From Myxococcota bacterium (GTDB lineage Bacteria; Myxococcota; XYA12-FULL-58-9; JALHOP01), in the NCBI GenBank assembly GCA_041288095.1, contig JBGGMJ010000204.1, positions 1 to 18,248 of the forward strand: DNA of 18,248 nucleotides, given 5' to 3'. The notes beneath the pieces were generated by a model. That model ran no database searches, was not told where the DNA came from, and was given only the letters and a program-made list of their open reading frames with translations. Below, piece after piece: positions 1-6,482 of this stretch (positions are counted from its first letter, which is position 1; each line of letters opens with the position of its first letter). The position numbers were made by a program, and so were the translations under genes.

Positions 1-440
1 TGTGCGATGATCAGCACGGCGCCGTCGTCGTGGCGCGCGCGAATGGTCGCGATGGCGCGGCGTACGCGCTCGCGGTGCACCCGCAGGCTCTCGCCCCCGC
101 CAAGATCGTCGTCCCATGCATACTTACGCGACTGGTAGACCTCGAAGGCCTTGGCATCCATGCCGCTCACTTGTTTGCCTTCGAACTCGCCCAACGACCG
201 TTCGTTGAGGTCGGCGAGCGTCGTTCGCGCCAAGTCCGTGGGGAACACCGCCGCCGTCTGCTGCGCACGCTGCAACGCGCTCACGTAAAGGTGGACGAAG
301 CTCGTGCGTGCGAGCTTCTCGGCGAGCGCCAATGCTTGAGCGTGACCTGCTGCATTGAGAGGAATGTCGACCGCCCCTTGCAGGCGCCGCTCACGATTCC
401 AATCGGTCTCGCCGTGGCGAGCTACGTACAACTCGAGCAT
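1..440 (-). CDS. Histidine phosphatase (phosphoglycerate mutase-like) family protein, 3' end runs off the window
   Basis: Not in the ORF track; translated manually from ATG at 440: MLELYVARHGETDWNRERRLQG...YVSALQRAQQTA...LNERSLGEFEG...GGESL...AVLIIAH. RHG motif, catalytic Arg and Glu present; the second His codon is cut by the window edge. Start overlaps the upstream stop (TGATG). Confidence 0.92.
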   Translation of the reverse strand, partial: MLELYVARHGETDWNRERRLQGAVDIPLNAAGHAQALALAEKLARTSFVHLYVSALQRAQQTAAVFPTDLARTTLADLNERSLGEFEGKQVSGMDAKAFEVYQSRKYAWDDDLGGGESLRVHRERVRRAIATIRARHDDGAVLIIA

Positions 441-844
441 CAGGGTGTGGCGTTCATCTCGTCGTAGAATTTCTTGGTCTGGGCGAGTGCCTCTTCGATG
501 CCGGGCTTGAGCGGCTCCCAATCGGAGGCGCCGACCTTCTTGAGCTCGTTCACCTTGGTGCGTGAAGTCGCGACGGAGGTCTCGAGAATCACCAGCGCTG
601 CCTGCTTGCCGGGGGTGAGCACGAGCCCGGCTTTCTGCTGCTCGTGAATCTTCTGGATGTCCTTCTCGATGGGGCGGAGCGTGCCTTCCGACTCCGAGTA
701 GAACTTGATCTGCGGCCGACTCTGCTGCGGCGGCAAATCTTCCTTGTACTTCTCGAGGCTCTTGATCTCGGAGCCTTCCTTGGTTTCCGAGTTGCAGGCG
801 CAGAGCGCCATGGTGATGCCGACCGCAAAGACGAGACGACGCAT
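440..844 (-). CDS. Small predicted lipoprotein with helical/coiled-coil C-terminus
   Basis: ATG at 844 preceded by GAGG; MRRLVFAVGITMALCAC signal peptide with lipobox Cys; amphipathic C-terminus (ASDWEPLKPGIEEALAQTKK). Start trimmed from the ORF-track 880, which overlaps atoE. Confidence 0.75.
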   Translation of the reverse strand: MRRLVFAVGITMALCACNSETKEGSEIKSLEKYKEDLPPQQSRPQIKFYSESEGTLRPIEKDIQKIHEQQKAGLVLTPGKQAALVILETSVATSRTKVNELKKVGASDWEPLKPGIEEALAQTKKFYDEMNATP

Positions 845-855
845 GCAGAACCTCA

Positions 856-2220
856 CTAGAACGTTTTGGCGAGCAGCCACATCAGAGTCAGCACCACGGG
901 CGCGATGAACACCAGTTGCAGCACAGCATAACCCACAAGCTCACGCGCTTTCACGGCCAACAAGCCGAGAATCGGCAACATCCAGAACGGGTTTACTAGG
1001 TTCGGGAGCGCTTCGGCGGCGTTGTAGATCTGCACCACCCAACCTTGGTCGACCCCCAGATCCTTGGCGGCTTGCAGCACGTACGGCGCCTCGATGATCC
1101 ATTTGGACCCACCCGACGGAATGAACAGGCCGAGCACCGCCGAGTAGATGGCCACGAGCACCGGATAGGAATTGGTGGTCGATGCCGCCACGAAGGCCGC
1201 GGCGAGCTTGTGCGTCAGCGGCGAGCCGGTGATCAGACCGAAGACGCCCCCGTAGAATGGGAACTGCAAGATGACGCCGCCGACCGACGGCACCGCGGCG
1301 TTGACGGCCTTGATCAGGGAGCGCGGCGTCCAGTGGAGCGCGAGGCCGAGCATCAGGATGGCGAAGTTGTAGGTGTTGAGATCGAGGGCCTGCTTGATGC
1401 CCTGCGTACGCAAGACGTCCACGAGGTACCAGGCACCGAGGGCGACGATGGGAATGGTGAGGGCCGGCGTGGTCTCGAGCCACTCGAGCTTACCGGTGAC
1501 CAGGGACGTCTCTTGCGGCTTGTCGGCCTGCTTTTCGAGCTTCAGGGTACGCACGCGGGCGCCGGTCGGCGCCGAGACGTAGGCGACCACCAGCGACACG
1601 GCGCCGATGACCAGGATGGTGACCCCGTTCTGCCAGGTGAACAGTGTCCGCGAGAGCGGAATGACGCCCGAGATGTCGGCGAGCGCGGGCGGCAGCGACG
1701 CCGCGGTATTCATGAGCAGAGCCGCCGACGACGACAGGCCCAGCGCCCAGATGCTGCCGAGTCCGAGATACGCGGCGGCGCCGGCGGCGCGGTAGTCGAT
1801 GTGGTCGTAGCGGCGTAGCATCTCGCGCGCGAGCAGACCGGTGAAGATCAAGCTGAAGCCGTAGCTCAAGAGCGACGACGTCATACTGATGAAAGCGATG
1901 TACGCCACCGCGCTCCGCGACGACAGACGCACGCTCGCGAGGCCGTCGATGACCTTCGCCACCGCCGGCGTCGTCGCCAAGACGTAGCCGCCGATGATCA
2001 GCAGCGACATCTGCATGGTGAAGGGGATCAGGCTCCAGAAGCCTTTGCCGTAGGAGCGGACGAGCGAGACGATCTCGCCACCCGCTGCGAGGCTCGCCAC
2101 GAGGGCGACGAGCACCGCGATCAACGCGAAGACGAAGGCATCCGGGAACCAGGTCTCGAGCATGCGCGCCATGGCGATGCCGAAACGCTCGAGCGGACTC
2201 GGGTTCTCGTCGTCGCTCAC
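856..2220 (-). CDS. atoE: Short-chain fatty acid transporter, AtoE family
   Basis: 454 aa polytopic membrane protein with family motifs WFPDAFVFA, GFWSLIPFTMQM, DYRAAGAAAYLG, GLSSSA, LQFPFYGG, PSGGSKW, NPFWMLPILG. Confidence 0.9.
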   Translation of the reverse strand: MSDDENPSPLERFGIAMARMLETWFPDAFVFALIAVLVALVASLAAGGEIVSLVRSYGKGFWSLIPFTMQMSLLIIGGYVLATTPAVAKVIDGLASVRLSSRSAVAYIAFISMTSSLLSYGFSLIFTGLLAREMLRRYDHIDYRAAGAAAYLGLGSIWALGLSSSAALLMNTAASLPPALADISGVIPLSRTLFTWQNGVTILVIGAVSLVVAYVSAPTGARVRTLKLEKQADKPQETSLVTGKLEWLETTPALTIPIVALGAWYLVDVLRTQGIKQALDLNTYNFAILMLGLALHWTPRSLIKAVNAAVPSVGGVILQFPFYGGVFGLITGSPLTHKLAAAFVAASTTNSYPVLVAIYSAVLGLFIPSGGSKWIIEAPYVLQAAKDLGVDQGWVVQIYNAAEALPNLVNPFWMLPILGLLAVKARELVGYAVLQLVFIAPVVLTLMWLLAKTF

Positions 2221-2912
2221 GGCTTCACGTCACGCACGCGAATGCCCTCGGGCGCGGCGACGATGAGGACGTTGGTCATCCCGAGGAACAGACCGTGCGC
2301 CTTGACGGCGGGGCGTGCTTCGAGTGCCTTCGCCAAGGCGTGGGGATCGTCGATGCCATTGGCGAAGCGCGCATCGAGAATGGCGTTACCGTTGTCGGTG
2401 ACGAACGGCTTGGTATCACCACCGCGACGCGTGACCTGGGCGCCGAGCTTTGCGAGGACGTCCGCTTCCGCGGCCACGGCGTCGACCGCGACCTCGACGG
2501 GCAAGGCGAAGCTCGTGCCGAGCTTCGGCGACAGCTTGCTCTGATCGACGATGACCACGAACACCCTCGCCTTCTCTTCGACCGCCCGCTCGCGCAGCAT
2601 GGCGCCGCCACCGCCCTTGATGAGATCACCTCGCGGGTCGACCTCGTCGGCGCCATCGATGGCGACATCGAGCTTGGTATCCTTGGTGAGCGTGGCGAGC
2701 GGAATGCTCCATTCGCGCGCGAGCTGCTCGGTGGCAACCGAGGTCGGCACGCCGACGATGTCCTTCAAGGTGCCGGCCTTGAGCATCTCGCCGATGGCGA
2801 TGACCGCGTGCTTGGCGGTCGAGCCGGTGCCGAGACCGACTTTCATGCCGCTCTTCACGCGCTTGACGGCTTCGAGCGCCGCCTGGCGTTTCAAGTCCTC
2901 GACCGAGCTCAT
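2217..2912 (-). CDS. rpiA: Ribose-5-phosphate isomerase A
   Basis: GLGTGSTA, DGADEVD, LIKGGGGAMLRE, LPVEV and TDNGN motifs. Likely start MSSVEDLKRQAA at 2912; stop overlaps the atoE start (GTGA). Confidence 0.96.
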   Translation of the reverse strand: MSSVEDLKRQAALEAVKRVKSGMKVGLGTGSTAKHAVIAIGEMLKAGTLKDIVGVPTSVATEQLAREWSIPLATLTKDTKLDVAIDGADEVDPRGDLIKGGGGAMLRERAVEEKARVFVVIVDQSKLSPKLGTSFALPVEVAVDAVAAEADVLAKLGAQVTRRGGDTKPFVTDNGNAILDARFANGIDDPHALAKALEARPAVKAHGLFLGMTNVLIVAAPEGIRVRDVKP

Positions 2913-2951
2913 AGCGGAGGAATTACCGCGAGGGTCTGACGCAAACAACGC

Positions 2952-2979
2952 AAGATAGAGCATCAAACAGGCCATGCAA
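2952..2979 (-). promoter_or_regulatory. Putative sigma70 promoter for the rpiA operon
   Basis: Minus strand TTGCAT-16 bp-TATCTT, about 40 bp upstream of the rpiA ATG. Confidence 0.5.
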
Positions 2980-2998
2980 CGACGATCTCACACGGCTC

Positions 2999-3027
2999 TT
3001 GCACAGGCGCGCCGCTTTTGGCATTAC
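2999..3027 (+). promoter_or_regulatory. Putative sigma70 promoter for tRNA-Glu
   Basis: TTGCAC-17 bp-CATTAC (weak -10), followed by a GC-rich stretch, ending 17 bp before the tRNA. Confidence 0.35.
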
Positions 3028-3044
3028 CCGCGCTCGCTTAGGCT

Positions 3045-3119
3045 GTCCGCATCGTCTAGCCCGGCCTAGGACACTGCCCTTTCACGGCAGCGACGGGGGT
3101 TCGAATCCCCCTGCGGACG
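3045..3119 (+). tRNA. tRNA-Glu (anticodon TTC), CCA not encoded
   Basis: Cloverleaf: acceptor GTCCGCA/TGCGGAC, D-arm GTCT...GGAC, anticodon stem CTGCC-CTTTCAC-GGCAG, T-arm GGGGG-TTCGAAT-CCCCC, discriminator G. Confidence 0.97.
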
Positions 3120-3341
3120 CTCTTCCTAGCCCCTTGTTCGACGCCTAACGGCGCCGCGGGGCTGTCGGGATCGCCGCAAAAAACGACGGCGAACCCGACG
3201 CCAGGCTGCGCTGGCGCTTCGAACGAAACGGCGTTGCGGCGCGGGGCGGTTCGCCGCTAGGGCGCGGCTCCACTTGCTGGGCTGCCGCTCCTTGCTTTCG
3301 ATGCCTCGGGGACGCGCAAGCGCGACTACTCGAGAAGGTTC
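3110..3341 (+). repeat. Intergenic repeat copy A (tRNA 3' end + hairpin + distal block)
   Basis: CCTGCGGACGC-N-GCCCCTTGTTCG...GCCGCGGGGCTGT...CGCTGGCGCTTCG...CGTTGCGGC...CTTGCTGGGCTGCCGCTCCTT...CGAGAAGGTTC; blocks align with copies at 4220, 4808 and 5660. Confidence 0.85.
3164..3199. terminator. Stem-loop between tRNA-Glu and the convergent higA (possible terminator or processing signal)
   Basis: GTCGGG-A-TCGCCG / CGGCGA-A-CCCGAC inverted repeat, present only in repeat copy A; no flanking U-tract. Confidence 0.4.
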
Positions 3342-3753
3342 ACGCTACACGTCTCTTCGCTTTTCGCTTTTTCCGCACCGCTCGCGCATTCTTCTTGATC
3401 GGTTGAATCAATACCTCGACTGGAATCGGCCAGGCCGCGGCGATACGACGAATCATCTCGACGGAGAGGGCTCTGCGACGCGCGAGAATTTCCGATGCAC
3501 GAGGCTGGGACCCGATGATGGCACCAAGATCACCTTGGCTTAGACTGTTCTGCTCCATGTAGAAGCGAACGGCTTCGATGGGATCGGCAGCAACGATCGG
3601 ATGATGCTTTGCCTCGTACGCGTCGATTAACGTCGCAAGAATGTCGAGCGCATCACCCTCGGGAGTGCCGAGTTTGCTCCCCCACAAAGATTCGACTTGC
3701 GTGAGTGCAGCCTCGTAGGTGGCTTCATCGTGGATTGGCTTGATCCGAATCAT
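3340..3753 (-). CDS. higA: Type II antitoxin HigA (HTH/XRE)
   Basis: MIRIKPIHDEATYEAAL...LDILATLIDAYE...DPIEAVRFYMEQNSLSQGDL...RASEILARRRALSVEMIRRI...IPVEVLI; ATG at 3753, 7 bp after the higB stop. Confidence 0.93.
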   Translation of the reverse strand: MIRIKPIHDEATYEAALTQVESLWGSKLGTPEGDALDILATLIDAYEAKHHPIVAADPIEAVRFYMEQNSLSQGDLGAIIGSQPRASEILARRRALSVEMIRRIAAAWPIPVEVLIQPIKKNARAVRKKRKAKRRVA

Positions 3754-3760
3754 TGATGCC

Positions 3761-4066
3761 TCAATTCCTGTACTCAACCGTGGCGGCGTCGATTTTGTCG
3801 TACTCCACATGCGAGCCCACGAACTTCACGAACGCGATCTGCTTCTCAAAGTCGAACGCGACGATCAGCCGATAGCTGTTGCCCTTGATATTGAAGACCG
3901 CGCGGTCTGAGCCGATGATGCTGGCATTCCCGAACGTCGCCTTGATGTCGGCCGGACTCCTCCACGTCGCTTTGCTCGCAATTGCGTACCAAGCATCGAG
4001 CTGCGCCGCAGCCTGGGGATGCTTCAAAGCAAACTCCCGCGGCGTTGACCTAGCAATGATGCGCAC
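3761..4066 (-). CDS. higB: Type II toxin HigB (RelE-superfamily mRNA interferase)
   Basis: MRII...W..PADIK..F..AS...RAVFNIKGNSYRLI...VKFVGSHVEYDKID; toxin-before-antitoxin order typical of higBA. Confidence 0.93.
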   Translation of the reverse strand: MRIIARSTPREFALKHPQAAAQLDAWYAIASKATWRSPADIKATFGNASIIGSDRAVFNIKGNSYRLIVAFDFEKQIAFVKFVGSHVEYDKIDAATVEYRN

Positions 4067-4071
4067 AGTAC

Positions 4072-4099
4072 ATCATACCACGACATCCCAAAACGGGAT
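4072..4099 (-). promoter_or_regulatory. higBA extended -10 promoter with overlapping palindromic operator
   Basis: Minus strand TGG-TATGAT ends 5 nt before the GTG start; inverted repeat ATCCC-AAAAC-GGGAT at 4085-4099. Confidence 0.65.
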
Positions 4100-4219
4100 A
4101 GCCGATTTGCAGCACCTGCCTCCCGTCCGGTTCATTCGCAGAATCGCCCCAGCGACCAGTTGACCACGCAAATCACTGGTCCGAGGCTTTTTACACGGGT
4201 CGCGGTTCAGATAGCGGAA

Positions 4220-4363
4220 CCTGGGGGACGCTTTACTTGCCCCTTGTTCGGCCCCTGGCGGGGCCGCGGGGCTGTTACGCTGGCGCTTCGCACAACGCAT
4301 CGTTGCGGCACGAACCGGCTCCGCGGCGAGTGCGCCGCTCCGCTTGCTGGGCTGCCGCTCCTT
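4220..4363 (+). repeat. Intergenic repeat copy B
   Basis: CCTGGGGGACGC-N-GCCCCTTGTTCGGCCCCTGGCGGGGCCGCGGGGCTGT-TA-CGCTGGCGCTTCG...CGTTGCGGC...CTTGCTGGGCTGCCGCTCCTT; colinear with copy A minus its ~40 bp insertion. Confidence 0.85.
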
Positions 4364-4476
4364 TCCACAACGCGCCTCGCGAACCGCACCGCGAAGCACG
4401 GTGACGCTATCGAAATGACGTACGGCCGAACACGAGTGACCGATAAGCGCTCCGGCACTAACCCAGGATATGCTGA

Positions 4477-4812
4477 ATGGACGTCATCAAATCGAGCCTC
4501 AACAAGCTCAAGGTGCTTCCTGAGAAACAAACCGTGACGAGCCGCAAGATCGATGCGGGCTTGGCGGCGGCCTTCGCTTTCAACCCTGACGCAGTCGTGA
4601 ACGGCGCCGTCCGCGCAAGCGTCACGTCCGCCGAGCTCACGGCATGGGTGAACGTCCCCGGCTTTCGCGTCAATCACATCGCTGGAGACATCCACACCTT
4701 CCGCGGCGCCACCAAGGCAACCGTCGAGCGTCTCGCGGAGCACGCGCGCGTCATCTCCGTCGAAGGCAGCGCGCAACTCGGTCCAGAGCAGCAGCGCCCG
4801 GCACAGGGCTAG
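4477..4812 (+). CDS. Hypothetical protein resembling a subtilase (S8) propeptide / I9-like inhibitor domain; possibly a gene fragment
   Basis: 111 aa; GDIHTFRGATKATVERLAEHARVISVEGSAQL resembles the beta-alpha-beta end of S8 prodomains; AGGA upstream of the ATG; stop codon lies inside repeat copy C. Confidence 0.55.
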   Translation: MDVIKSSLNKLKVLPEKQTVTSRKIDAGLAAAFAFNPDAVVNGAVRASVTSAELTAWVNVPGFRVNHIAGDIHTFRGATKATVERLAEHARVISVEGSAQLGPEQQRPAQG

Positions 4813-4865
4813 GGCGCGGCTCCACGTGTGGGCTGCCGCTGCTTTCTGCGGGCGCGAGAAGGTTC
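4808..4865 (+). repeat. Intergenic repeat copy C (distal block only)
   Basis: GCTAGGGCGCGGCTCCAC (identical to copy A), TGGGCTGCCGCT, then CGAGAAGGTTC as at 3331-3341. Confidence 0.8.
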
Positions 4866-4899
4866 CTGGTCGATCGATCTTTCTGGTCGATCGATCTTT
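4866..4899 (+). repeat. Perfect 17-bp tandem duplication
   Basis: CTGGTCGATCGATCTTT x2 (4866-4882, 4883-4899). Confidence 0.95.
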
Positions 4900-4907
4900 C
4901 GCGTCGG

Positions 4908-4936
4908 TTGACGGCATACGTACGTTTTCGTAAAAT
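4908..4936 (+). promoter_or_regulatory. sigma70 promoter of vapBC (likely leaderless) with candidate operator
   Basis: TTGACG-17 bp-TAAAAT, then 6 nt to the ATG at 4943; GCATAC (4914) / GTATGC (4941) inverted repeat brackets the -10. Confidence 0.8.
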
Positions 4937-4942
4937 GTCTGT

Positions 4943-5137
4943 ATGCGAAGCGCGACGGCGAAGAAGACCTACAATCTCCCAGTGAAGCTGATCGCGCGTG
5001 CGAAGCGTGTGCTCAAGGCCAAGACCGAGACCGAAGCTATCGTGCGCAGTCTCGAGGAGGTCGCCTTCATGGATGATGTGGAGCGCGCAGTGCGGGCGGC
5101 GAGCGGACGTCTACCGGAGTACCGGCCGCTGCGGTGA
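4943..5137 (+). CDS. vapB: Type II antitoxin, VapB-like (ribbon-helix-helix)
   Basis: 64 aa, KKTYNLPVKLIARAKRVLKAKTETEAIVRSL RHH pattern; GTGA overlap with the PIN toxin gene. Confidence 0.8.
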   Translation: MRSATAKKTYNLPVKLIARAKRVLKAKTETEAIVRSLEEVAFMDDVERAVRAASGRLPEYRPLR

Positions 5138-5580
5138 AAGTTCTCTTCGATACCTCCATTTGGGTCGAGCACCTTCGGCACGGCGTTCTGACGCCAGTCA
5201 TCCCCGCCCTACGGGGAAAATATCAGCTCTGGTGCGACAGCGTTGTAGCCGCTGAGCTTACCGCGGGCTGCCGCTCGAAGTCCGAACGGCGAACTGTGTC
5301 GGCAATGCTCGCACCTTTCACGCGTGCGGGACGACTTGCGAGCCCACTTGCGACAGACTTCGACCGAGCGGCCCGGGCGCTTTCGCGACTGAGTGAGCGA
5401 GGTCGAAACCTGTCGTCACCAACGACGGCGCTGCTCGATGGGCTCATCGCCACAGTCGGGGTGCGTCTCGGCGCCCTTGTCGTGACCGTCAATCATCGGG
5501 ACTTCGCAAAGCTGGCAGAAGAACTGCCGCTGCGCATGCATGCCTGGGATGTCTTCGTCCAGCGCCTCGGAGCGCCTTAG
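5134..5580 (+). CDS. vapC: Type II toxin VapC (PIN-domain ribonuclease)
   Basis: VLFDTSIWV, VVAAEL, LDGLIA, LVVTVNHRDF: PIN acidic residues are intact. Confidence 0.92.
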   Translation: MKVLFDTSIWVEHLRHGVLTPVIPALRGKYQLWCDSVVAAELTAGCRSKSERRTVSAMLAPFTRAGRLASPLATDFDRAARALSRLSERGRNLSSPTTALLDGLIATVGVRLGALVVTVNHRDFAKLAEELPLRMHAWDVFVQRLGAP

Positions 5581-5659
5581 CAGAATCGCCGACTTTCGCG
5601 GTCTGCGCGTCGCGGTGCCGGTCCGTTTACTGGCGCGTAGAAACAACGTTTTGACGGCA

Positions 5660-5750
5660 CCTGGGGACGCCATAATTGCCCCTTGTTCGGCCCCTGGCGG
5701 GGCTGCGGGGACACGGGGACGCGGCTCCACTTGCCAGGCTGCCGCTGCTT
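5660..5750 (+). repeat. Intergenic repeat copy D (internally deleted)
   Basis: CCTGGGGACGCCA-TAATT-GCCCCTTGTTCGGCCCCTGGCGGGGCTGCGGGG...CGCGGCTCCACTTGCCAGGCTGCCGCTGCTT. Confidence 0.85.
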
Positions 5751-5860
5751 GCCGCGGGGGGGGGAGACCTCTCTGGTCGACGGCCCCCTGATTGGCGCCG
5801 GTGTCGCGTACGCGCGCAACAGCGAAAACCGTGTTACCATCGACGGGCAACCGGGCGTCT

Positions 5861-6454
5861 GTGCATGTGCGCCCGCCGATAAAGCGGACATATTTCGCGC
5901 TGACTCCGAGAACGTCGTTGGAAGAGTACAAGCTCCTCTATCAGTACGTCAGTGATGCGAGCCACCTATCGGTCGACGCTTTTCGCCAGCGCTACGGCGA
6001 GGCGTTCTTGCTGCACAACGGCTCGCTGGAAAAGCTCAAGCCGTATCTGCGCACGAAGGAGGCAGGCGTCGCCGAGATCCTCGGTGACAAGACCGACCCG
6101 GCCTTCGCCGGCAAGCTGCAAGCCGCGGTCTTCGCCGTGTGCAATAGCGGACGCTCGCCGTTCCCGAACTTCGTTTCGGTCGGCCGCGCGAATGCCAATG
6201 ACGTCGTCATCAGTCATCCATCTGTTTCGAAATTTCACGCCTTCTTTCGGAACTCCGACAACGGGGAGTTCGTCATTCAAGACGGGGGCTCGAAGAACGG
6301 CACGATGGTCAACCGCACTCGGGTGCCCGGCCAGAGTGAGTCCCGGCCGGTCGTCGTCGAATCTGGTGCCCGGGTGTCGTTCGGGCACGTGCATATGACG
6401 TTCTATTTAGCGGAAGAGTTTCACGCGTTCGTGCGTCACGCTCGCGAACGGTAG
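5861..6454 (+). CDS. FHA-domain protein (start uncertain: 5792, 5861, 5867 or 5918)
   Basis: VSVGRANANDVVISHPSVSKFHA...IQDGGSKNGTMVN: canonical FHA GR, SxxH and NGT motifs. Confidence 0.88.
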   Translation: MHVRPPIKRTYFALTPRTSLEEYKLLYQYVSDASHLSVDAFRQRYGEAFLLHNGSLEKLKPYLRTKEAGVAEILGDKTDPAFAGKLQAAVFAVCNSGRSPFPNFVSVGRANANDVVISHPSVSKFHAFFRNSDNGEFVIQDGGSKNGTMVNRTRVPGQSESRPVVVESGARVSFGHVHMTFYLAEEFHAFVRHARER

Positions 6455-6482
6455 ACCCATCTCATCCCGCGCGACCGGGACC

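Noticed and set aside
30..467. 145-aa plus-strand ORF
   Set aside because: Antisense to the histidine phosphatase gene.
3143..3270. Integron attC site (GCCTAAC at 3143-3149)
   Set aside because: No matching GTTRRRY end, the motif is absent from the other repeat copies, and there is no intI gene.
4156..4231. tRNA pseudogene upstream of core B (and likewise core D)
   Set aside because: No cloverleaf, anticodon arm or TTCGA loop could be folded; only the 3'-end-like core matches.
4207..4917. 236-aa minus-strand ORF and similar ORFs sharing peptides such as PRQGPNKGQ or PPGAEQGA
   Set aside because: The shared peptides are just translations of the non-coding repeat in different frames.
5651..5676. 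sigma70 promoter TTGACG...CATAAT
   Set aside because: Spacer is only 14 bp.
3110..5750. CRISPR array
   Set aside because: Repeats are long and degenerate, separated by whole genes, and no cas genes are present.
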